Shown here piece by piece: positions 57,333-64,000 of a DNA stretch of 64,000 nucleotides (positions are counted from its first letter, which is position 1; every line of letters starts with the position of its first letter). Made by a program: the position numbers and the translations under genes. The stretch is from a virus. The notes under the pieces were generated by a model that was given only the letters and a program-made list of their open reading frames with translations, was not told the DNA's origin and did no database searches. The DNA is taken from the IMG/VR virus record IMGVR_UViG_3300045988_139374, positions 64,001-128,000 of that record; one strand, 5' to 3'.

Positions 57333-57575
57333 TTAAAAAATATTACCCTGAGAATCTTGCATACACTCCTTACCACACCAAGCACAAATGCAATGATTTG
57401 AACAGCCATCATAATAAGTCCATTGAATCTGAGAAGGCCAGCAATGCCAACCAATATTACAATAGAATTTTCTTAAAGGTTTAACAAACCCTGCAATTGC
57501 CCAGAAAGGGAAAAGCATTAAGCAACCAATAGAAAATGCTGAAATTGCATAAATCGTAATATCAAAAGCATCCAT
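57333..57575 (-). CDS. small membrane protein with Cys/Trp-rich C-terminus
   Basis: TM IYAISAFSIGCLMLFPFWAIAGF followed by CNIGWHCW...CSNHCICAWCGKEC. Confidence 0.5.
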   Translation of the reverse strand: MDAFDITIYAISAFSIGCLMLFPFWAIAGFVKPLRKFYCNIGWHCWPSQIQWTYYDGCSNHCICAWCGKECMQDSQGNIF

Positions 57576-57587
57576 TTATATTCCTCC

Positions 57588-57884
57588 TCAGCAATTAGGG
57601 CAACTGTATTTTGCTTCAAGATCTTCTACTCTCTTCAGTGCCAGTTTACCAATGCCAATCCAGAGAGGATTGCAAACGATCTCGATAGGATTGATATCCT
57701 GCTGATTAGAGAATACAACAGTAAAACTCTCAATCTGCTGATAGAGATATGACTCAGGCTTGAGCTGATAATCAAGAGCATAGCCATCGCAATAGGTTAG
57801 AGGAGTCTTCTGACCCATAGGAATACACTCTGCTTTGATCATTGCCAGGATTTGCTTCCGGTGCTTACTGCTTTTGTTTTTCAT
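57588..57884 (-). CDS. hypothetical protein
   Basis: I prefer ATG 57884 (AGAAAGGAAG upstream), which removes the overlap with the upstream gene. Confidence 0.5.
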   Translation of the reverse strand: MKNKSSKHRKQILAMIKAECIPMGQKTPLTYCDGYALDYQLKPESYLYQQIESFTVVFSNQQDINPIEIVCNPLWIGIGKLALKRVEDLEAKYSCPNC

Positions 57885-57901
57885 TTTCTTCTTCCTTTCT
57901 A

Positions 57902-58180
57902 TTACTTCTGCATTCCTGCAGCACATCCGATGAAAATTGGTTTGAGTACTATATGATATTTTCTATTGAAACTAAGGATAATATTATAAAGAGTACTCAA
58001 ACTATACTTAGCTACAAGCAGCGACTTATTAGAAGAGTAGTAATAATAAATCGCGGTAGGAATTCCATCTTCTTTAGGAGGAATAATTTCCAATCCAATA
58101 TAATAGAATTTATTGCTCTTAAAAAGATTGCCAATCCATATGCCTGCAGCTTTAATTAAGATTGCTTTTTCTTCATCCAT
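57902..58180 (-). CDS. hypothetical protein
   Basis: 92-aa ORF. Its start overlaps the upstream stop (TAATG). Confidence 0.5.
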   Translation of the reverse strand: MDEEKAILIKAAGIWIGNLFKSNKFYYIGLEIIPPKEDGIPTAIYYYYSSNKSLLVAKYSLSTLYNIILSFNRKYHIVLKPIFIGCAAGMQK

Positions 58181-59181
58181 TAATTATTTCCTTTCATATT
58201 GCAATCGGAGAAAGAATTCATGACATCAAGCATATCGTAATGATTATATCCTTTCAGATATGACTGATACTTTATAATGAAATCGAATAGATATGCATCG
58301 TCTTCATATGTGTAAGGATATTCCATACTAAGGCTAAAAGGAGATACAGGCTGATCAATGTCATAAATTACTTTATTTTTTTGATCATAGCAATTAAGAA
58401 GAATCTTAGAAGATTCTTCGACTTTTCTTACGAAATAGATGTTACTATCATCAAGAAAATTTAAGTTATGAGTATCCCATCTAGGCCTTACAATATCTCC
58501 TACTGTAAAATTATGAGTAACGCTATAGGATTTATTAAATAATGGATGGATATCAGGAAAATCTGTGCCCTCCTTAGGTTTGAAATTATCAAAGAAGATC
58601 TGGAGAAGCTCTCCATTACTACCAAGAAGGCAAGAGCATGCTGTATTATCTTTCCCAGATTTATACCGATCTCCTCTAATGATCACAGTTGCATCCAGCA
58701 AATGAAACTGAAGATCGATAAACATCTTATTTGCTGGTTCATCCTTAACACATTTTTCGTTGAAATACTTAATATAATCAATAGCGCAGTCAAAAGAATC
58801 AAATATTCCACCAGGCTCATTACGGATATTATTAAGAGAACTCAACGAAGATTTATTACCCCTATAGACTGTATATACAAGATCAGGATTGCTATTGAGA
58901 TAGTCATATGCAATATCCGATCTTGTAATATATGCGTCAATAGCAGCCTTAATATCTTTATCCTCTGTAAAAGACTTAAGTTGCATAAACAAAAGTCTCT
59001 TATTATCAACAGGAATGTTGGAATCATAGATCATATGAAGTAAAACTTCATCAGTAGTTACTTCTTCATAGAAATCTTTCCTATTGCTTTTGAGACTCTC
59101 ATACATATCTCTCATAGTAAAGGCGAGAATTTCCTTATTATCAATGACGGAATCGATAAAAGCTTTCTTATCCTTGTTCAT
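58180..59181 (-). CDS. hypothetical protein, tandem paralog of 59202..60119
   Basis: The N-terminal 100 aa align with the neighbour (FIDSVIDN.../FIKSIIND..., IDAYITRSDIAYDYL/IDAYIKCRKYEYDLI). Confidence 0.6.
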   Translation of the reverse strand: MNKDKKAFIDSVIDNKEILAFTMRDMYESLKSNRKDFYEEVTTDEVLLHMIYDSNIPVDNKRLLFMQLKSFTEDKDIKAAIDAYITRSDIAYDYLNSNPDLVYTVYRGNKSSLSSLNNIRNEPGGIFDSFDCAIDYIKYFNEKCVKDEPANKMFIDLQFHLLDATVIIRGDRYKSGKDNTACSCLLGSNGELLQIFFDNFKPKEGTDFPDIHPLFNKSYSVTHNFTVGDIVRPRWDTHNLNFLDDSNIYFVRKVEESSKILLNCYDQKNKVIYDIDQPVSPFSLSMEYPYTYEDDAYLFDFIIKYQSYLKGYNHYDMLDVMNSFSDCNMKGNN

Positions 59182-59201
59182 AATGCATTTTCCTTTCTTT
59201 A

Positions 59202-60119
59202 TTAAACAAGATCAATATACTGAATCGGGAAACCTTCTGCCAATGCAGTCTTTTTATTGTTATTACGAACAACTGCATTGTGGCCAACAAAAGAATTGTC
59301 ATTCAAATATGCAATGATATAATTCTCTTTCTCAGTTACATCGCAAAGGCCTCTGGTATAGAAGCTATTATAGACCTTTACCTTTTTATTAGGAATGAAC
59401 TTATCGATGCCTTTGAACTTGAAAAGATGATCGTAAGGAATCTCTACAGATTCACTGTAATCAAAGATAGGATATTTCTTTTCAGAAGGACTATGCTCAT
59501 CGACTCTAAAGTCATAGATGAAGAGATCGATGATATGGCCATCTTTATTAAAGTAAATATCTCCATTAGAGCAATCAAGATCTTCATACTCCTCTTTGAA
59601 AAGCAGAGTTTTAGATACCATATAGAACAACTGATAGCTAGTATCATGAGTATCTTCTTCATCTTCTCGATACTGTTCGTGATCAAGAATGATCATTGCT
59701 TGTGCAGCATCAAGATCAATTGCTGTACAAATAAATCTGTTACACTGACCCTGATGATTGCTTAACTCCTCAATGCATCTGTCTGTATGTTTCTCATGAT
59801 ACTTCATAGAGTAAACATTATAGACAAATTTCATTCCCTGACCAGTTTTCTTTCTAATAAGATCATACTCGTATTTTCGACACTTAATATAAGCATCGAT
59901 AGTCTTTCTGAATTCTTCATCAGCAAATGCCATCAGATTGGTAAGCAATCTGAACTTATCATTCAGAGTATGCATAGACTCAGTAATGAGAATATACAGC
60001 ATTTCATTGCTTACCAATTTCCAATTATTATTGAAAATCTCTCTCATAGCCTTAGAGGGTACACAGACAGAATCGTTGATGATAGATTTGATAAATTGTT
60101 CCTTGTTTGTAATACTCAT
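59202..60119 (-). CDS. hypothetical protein, tandem paralog
   Basis: ATG 60119 after AAAGGAAG. Confidence 0.6.
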   Translation of the reverse strand: MSITNKEQFIKSIINDSVCVPSKAMREIFNNNWKLVSNEMLYILITESMHTLNDKFRLLTNLMAFADEEFRKTIDAYIKCRKYEYDLIRKKTGQGMKFVYNVYSMKYHEKHTDRCIEELSNHQGQCNRFICTAIDLDAAQAMIILDHEQYREDEEDTHDTSYQLFYMVSKTLLFKEEYEDLDCSNGDIYFNKDGHIIDLFIYDFRVDEHSPSEKKYPIFDYSESVEIPYDHLFKFKGIDKFIPNKKVKVYNSFYTRGLCDVTEKENYIIAYLNDNSFVGHNAVVRNNNKKTALAEGFPIQYIDLV

Positions 60120-60154
60120 TTTAGTACTTCCTTTCATATTAAGAAAATTATTCG

Positions 60155-60197
60155 GTGAAGATCATTCCATAAATCTTCACTATTATAATATCTAATT
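60155..60197 (-). promoter_or_regulatory. promoter-like motif AATTAGATATTATAA-tag-TGA plus hairpin GTGAAGAT/ATCTTCAC
   Basis: Read on the minus strand, upstream of gene 59202..60119. Confidence 0.55.
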
Positions 60198-60257
60198 AAA
60201 ATAAAATATTTAATGGTATAAAATCAACTAAACTATAATGAGTGAGAGGGTTTAATT

Positions 60258-61070
60258 ATGATTAATCCTGTTAATCTTATCAAATTAGATGATATCAGAG
60301 ATAGCTCTGGTAAAACGTTCCATATAGGACAATTACCTGATTATGATCAAGAAGATTATGACCTTGCAAATCCAAAAGACTTTGAAAGATATGTAAAGGA
60401 CGTTAAATCTGAAGTTCGAGGATCTTTTGAATATAGAGAGATGGTCAAATATCTTAGAGAATATTGTGGAATGGATAGATCTGGGCTTAATCCTGATATT
60501 ACTAATAATGATAGCAAACGTGTAAAAATTGAAATTCATCATACTCCATTTGTATTGGAAGATATAGTACGAATTGTTTATGAAAAGAGACTAGCTAATC
60601 ATGAAGACCTTTCTGTAGAAATGGTTGCTAAAGAAGTAATGGCTTGCCACTATAGATGTATTATAGGATTATATCCTCTTACAGCTACAGAGCATGAATT
60701 GGTCCATAATGGATATTTATTTATTCCGCCGTCTAAAGTATTTGGTAGATATGATTTATTTATGCAAGAATATGCTCCTTATATAGATCCTGCTGATAAA
60801 GAAACTATTGAAGAAATAGAAGGTCATGAAAAATCATTTAATCCTGAAGAGCAAAATATGCTACTATCTCAGTCTAATATTTACTTAGATCCGGAGGGTG
60901 CATATCAAGTTCCTCAACTAGACCAATTTAGTCAATCTATTTCTAATAGAATTGATATGATTAAAGATAATATGTATGCTTTGCCAACTATGCAAGAAGC
61001 ACAGCAATTACCTGTACATCAACAAGATATAGAAGCTATAACTTTTCTAGACGATTCTAGCAGTAATTAA
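60258..61070 (+). CDS. hypothetical protein, IEIHH...TEHELVH family (paralog of 34376..35242)
   Basis: 270 aa. A TATAAT-like -10 element lies about 25 nt upstream. Confidence 0.55.
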   Translation: MINPVNLIKLDDIRDSSGKTFHIGQLPDYDQEDYDLANPKDFERYVKDVKSEVRGSFEYREMVKYLREYCGMDRSGLNPDITNNDSKRVKIEIHHTPFVLEDIVRIVYEKRLANHEDLSVEMVAKEVMACHYRCIIGLYPLTATEHELVHNGYLFIPPSKVFGRYDLFMQEYAPYIDPADKETIEEIEGHEKSFNPEEQNMLLSQSNIYLDPEGAYQVPQLDQFSQSISNRIDMIKDNMYALPTMQEAQQLPVHQQDIEAITFLDDSSSN

Positions 61071-61086
61071 AAGGAGGAAAACTAAT

Positions 61087-61587
61087 ATGAATTATGAAGC
61101 TCCTATTCTAGAGGAAGTTGAAATTCCTAGAGATTGTCATGTATATTTCCAAGATCCTGTAGATCTTAAGATTCAGAATGATAATAATCAGAGTGATATG
61201 AAGGTTGTTCTTCATGATGATGAAGATCCTACTGATTCTACTTCTAGTGACATTCCTGTACATACTCCTGATGAAAAACCTCCCGTTGAAGCTAATAGTC
61301 CTATTGAGGCTATTAGTAAACTAAGAATGGATCCTCGTAATGTTATGATTGCCAAATATGGTGATAATTATTACGTTGATCACAATGATCTTAAGTGCTA
61401 TATGGATGCATGTAAGGAAACTAAGTATGAAAATGCGCTAAATAATATCATTAAGGTTCATGAAGACGATGATATTAGTGCTTCTAATATTAGAGTCATT
61501 ATGACTAAATCCGATTATAGTGCAATGAGTGAATCTACCAAGAACAAAATTAACGAATCTTCTGTTAGTTTTGATATCTATGGTTGA
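61087..61587 (+). CDS. hypothetical protein carrying one copy of a 95-aa repeat domain
   Basis: RBS AAAGGAGGAAA. The domain ...NSPIEAISK...VMIAKYGDNYYVDHNDLKCYMDA...ALNNIIKVHE...ASNIRVIM is shared with the next gene. Confidence 0.6.
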   Translation: MNYEAPILEEVEIPRDCHVYFQDPVDLKIQNDNNQSDMKVVLHDDEDPTDSTSSDIPVHTPDEKPPVEANSPIEAISKLRMDPRNVMIAKYGDNYYVDHNDLKCYMDACKETKYENALNNIIKVHEDDDISASNIRVIMTKSDYSAMSESTKNKINESSVSFDIYG

Positions 61588-61643
61588 TTATAAATTATCC
61601 GGATAATATATTTTATATTCTTTTGCAAAGGAAGGTATATCTT

Positions 61644-62366
61644 ATGCTAAACTTTTTTGATGAATCTGATGAGATGACCATGGCTGTTCAGGTTGGTCCT
61701 GACTCTGAGGTTGTTGCTTCTTCTGAAGATGAGAAGATCGATAATCCTATCTCTGCTGCTAAGAGTGATCCTGAGACTATTTCTGTTGCTAAGTGCAATG
61801 AAAGCTATTATGTTGACTGCAAGGATGTTGTTAAGTACGCTAAGATTGCAGAAAGCAATCTGATGGATTCTTTGAACAAGATCATTGCTTGCAATGAAGG
61901 TGTTAGTGCTCAGAATCTGTTCGTTGTTGTTGATGAGAGCACTATGAAGTATGTCCCCGGTCTGGAGAGATATGGCGTTCAGTGCACTCAGTACATTGTT
62001 CGTGAAAGTGATGGCGTCGATGATGTCGAGATGGATGTCCAAGTTGGTCCCAATGAGGATGAAGTCAAGGTGTCTGAGGATCCCCAGGTTGTCAATCCTG
62101 TAGATGCTGTCAAGCGTGAGTATAACAATGTCGTCGTTGCTAAGACTCCTGATGACAAGTTCTTCACTGATGTTGAGGATGTGCAGAAGTGTGCAGAGCT
62201 GAAGTGTGAGAGTGTAGTTGAGACTCTGAATGGCATTATTGCTGCTAATGAAGGCATGAGTGCTCAGAATCTGAGTGTCCTGATTCATCCGAATACTTCT
62301 AAGGAAGTTAAGGATCTGATGGAAAGTGCCGGTGTCAATATGGTTATTGATACGGACGAAATTTAA
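61644..62366 (+). CDS. hypothetical protein with two tandem copies of the same 95-aa domain
   Basis: ATG 61644 after AAGGAAGG. Each copy is preceded by (A/D)VQVGP(D/N). GC-richer codon usage. Confidence 0.6.
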   Translation: MLNFFDESDEMTMAVQVGPDSEVVASSEDEKIDNPISAAKSDPETISVAKCNESYYVDCKDVVKYAKIAESNLMDSLNKIIACNEGVSAQNLFVVVDESTMKYVPGLERYGVQCTQYIVRESDGVDDVEMDVQVGPNEDEVKVSEDPQVVNPVDAVKREYNNVVVAKTPDDKFFTDVEDVQKCAELKCESVVETLNGIIAANEGMSAQNLSVLIHPNTSKEVKDLMESAGVNMVIDTDEI

Positions 62367-62385
62367 CTCCGATCATTTAAATAAT

Positions 62386-62419
62386 GGTGCTATGGAGCAA
62401 TCCATAGCACCTCTTTTTA
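62386..62419 (+). terminator. intrinsic terminator GGTGCTATGGA/TCCATAGCACC + T-run
   Basis: 11-bp stem followed by TCTTTTTA. Confidence 0.75.
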
Positions 62420-62485
62420 TATAAATTTAAATCGTTTTTTTGACTATAAATTAATAATTACTAAATATAAGGAGGAATTCAAATA

Positions 62486-63268
62486 ATGGCTATATTTACA
62501 GAATATACTTGCTTAAATTGGTTTAATGAATCTTCATATAAGCCAATTATTTCTTGGGAAGAAGTAGAAGATATTTTAAATATTTGTAAATCATTTATAG
62601 ACAAGCACCAATTTCTAAGATCATGCACTACATATACTACAAAAGAAAAATATGATAAATATGCAGCTGAAGCATCTACTCCTGAATATTCTAAAACCAA
62701 TGGCAAATATCATAATTTTACTATATGCTCTGTTGATGTAAAGAATAAATCTAAAGGAGCAGTAGATGCTGTTGCAAATCTTCAAAAAGAAATATTTGAA
62801 TATCGTAAGAAAACAAAGAAAGATTTTTATATCGGTGGTGGAGATGGAAAATTATTTATACGAATCCTTAAGATTGATAATGAATATATAGCGAGAACTA
62901 AAATCCCACAAGTTCTTAAGAATATTATTAAAAGGATTAAAGAACTAGATAAGCAATATCATGCAAAATACAAGAATGAATGCTATTATAAAATTACTAT
63001 TCTAACTCAAGCTAAAATTAAAGAAAATATTAGTGACGAATTAGAAGGTTCTGAATTTGCAACCGTAGATATTATCGATGTTAAAGATGATAAAAAATGG
63101 AAAGATCCAAATTTGTCAAGAACTGAATTTATTGATCAAGTAAATTCAAGATGGCAAATATTTGGTGATCTAATAAATGATATTCAAAAAGAATTTAAAG
63201 GATATATTGACTACGATGGAGACAAATTTGATGCTCAAATTTATTTTATAAATAAAGATAATGAATAA
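62486..63268 (+). CDS. hypothetical protein, MAIFTE family member 1
   Basis: RBS AAGGAGGAA, 260 aa. Confidence 0.6.
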   Translation: MAIFTEYTCLNWFNESSYKPIISWEEVEDILNICKSFIDKHQFLRSCTTYTTKEKYDKYAAEASTPEYSKTNGKYHNFTICSVDVKNKSKGAVDAVANLQKEIFEYRKKTKKDFYIGGGDGKLFIRILKIDNEYIARTKIPQVLKNIIKRIKELDKQYHAKYKNECYYKITILTQAKIKENISDELEGSEFATVDIIDVKDDKKWKDPNLSRTEFIDQVNSRWQIFGDLINDIQKEFKGYIDYDGDKFDAQIYFINKDNE

Positions 63269-63303
63269 TATAATCATTAAATTTAATGGAGTGATTAAAA
63301 GAG

Positions 63304-63740
63304 ATGGCTATTTTTACTGAAGAATATTGTGTAAATATATTCTTGAAGGTAAATCTTCATATTCATTTCATGGAATTACTTTAGATTGCTCTGATGCAGA
63401 AAATCCTGAAAAAGTTATTTCTTTTGCAAATAAATATTATCAGGAAATTGAGAGGCAAGCTGCTGAATCTATTTGGAAAGATATGGATAATGATTATGAC
63501 TATTATGGTAATAAACCTCAAAAAGCTGCTCTAGATTCATTCTTTAAGAAATATCCTAAATATAAAGATATAATTCCTATTCTTCAACTTAAGAAAGGCT
63601 TTATTGATGAAGATGATTGTCTAAGCATCTACTTTAATATAAAGGATGATCCTACTGGTTCTAAAAGAATGTTAAATTTATATATTAAATTTAGCAGTTC
63701 TGGAAATATGAAAATTATTGATATTGACTTTGATAGATAA
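63304..63740 (+). pseudogene. MAIFTE family member 2, reading frame broken after codon 11 (-1 shift needed)
   Basis: ATG 63304 gives MAIFTEEYCVN and then stops after 26 codons. The long ORF (track 63327..63740, TTG start) lies in the -1 frame and continues family-like sequence (ILEGKSSYSF...). Confidence 0.5.
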
Positions 63741-63751
63741 GGAGAATTATA

Positions 63752-64000
63752 ATGGCTATTTTTACTGAAGAATATTGTGTAAATATGCTCGATGAATTTA
63801 ATAACAGAGTAGAAGGAATTGAATTTACTCCTGAGCAGATTCAAAAGATTTGTGAGGATTGTAAATCTATTCCACTAAGTATTGCTGAAAGTTATCTTAT
63901 TGAGGCTTCTACAAATTCTAAATTGAATAAAATTGGTCTAAATGGTGCAACACCTGCAATAAATGCTGCTGCGAATGAAATTGTGGATACATGCAAGGCT
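63752..64000 (+). CDS. hypothetical protein, MAIFTE family member 3, 3' end outside window
   Basis: Absent from the ORF track. Hand translation gives MAIFTEEYCVNMLDEFNNRVEGIEF..., open to the window end. RBS AAGGAG. Its first 35 nt are identical to 63304..63338. Confidence 0.6.
   Translation, partial: MAIFTEEYCVNMLDEFNNRVEGIEFTPEQIQKICEDCKSIPLSIAESYLIEASTNSKLNKIGLNGATPAINAAANEIVDTCKA

Noticed and set aside
1-64000. Stop-codon reassignment (TAG or TGA recoding), as seen in some gut phages
   Set aside because: Very long ORFs (2021, 1056, 779, 693 aa) are intact under the standard code, and gene ends coincide with terminators. The only in-frame stops of interest are explained by introns or by the cassette region.
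1-64000. Initial impression of a crAss-like podovirus (AT-rich, PolB, giant protein, terminase N-terminus)
   Set aside because: The giant protein has classical beta-subunit motifs rather than the crAss-type single-chain RNAP. A beta-prime fragment, sheath/tube candidates and a T4 gp21-like protease point to a contractile-tailed jumbo-type phage.

Overview
AT-rich dsDNA phage segment. My hand counts give about 30-35% GC in most genes and about 43-47% in the sheath, tube and fibre genes. Almost every gene has a strong AAGGAGG-type RBS. Gene content fits a large contractile-tailed phage of the phiKZ/AR9 'jumbo' type that encodes its own multisubunit-type RNA polymerase. A 2021-aa protein carries a complete beta-like module after an N-terminal extension of about 1040 aa. 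A separate 411-aa protein corresponds to the C-terminal half of beta-prime. Other recognisable genes: tail sheath and tube, four fibre-like proteins (one with 13 HxH motifs), T4 gp21-type prohead protease, SleB-type lysin, RNase H, DUF5662 protein, pentapeptide-repeat protein, a kinase-like protein and three tRNAs. Two related group I introns interrupt essential genes. An ORF-less intron sits in family-B DNA polymerase at motif A. An endonuclease-carrying intron sits in the large terminase. Items most worth follow-up: (1) a phage-borne rtcB-prfH RNA/ribosome repair operon; (2) three tandem ORF cassettes that all open with the same 11-nt box (xDAS junction), two lacking any start codon; (3) a 16-nt promoter-like motif present nine times, usually followed by a 5' hairpin; (4) the unusual RNAP gene architecture; (5) a glycosyltransferase next to Thr/Ala/Ser-rich fibres. 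The right end (57-64 kb) is an accessory region of tandem paralog families. I saw no CRISPR array, rRNA, integrase or reverse transcriptase. All calls come from reading the sequence and ORF track by eye, and no database search was run.
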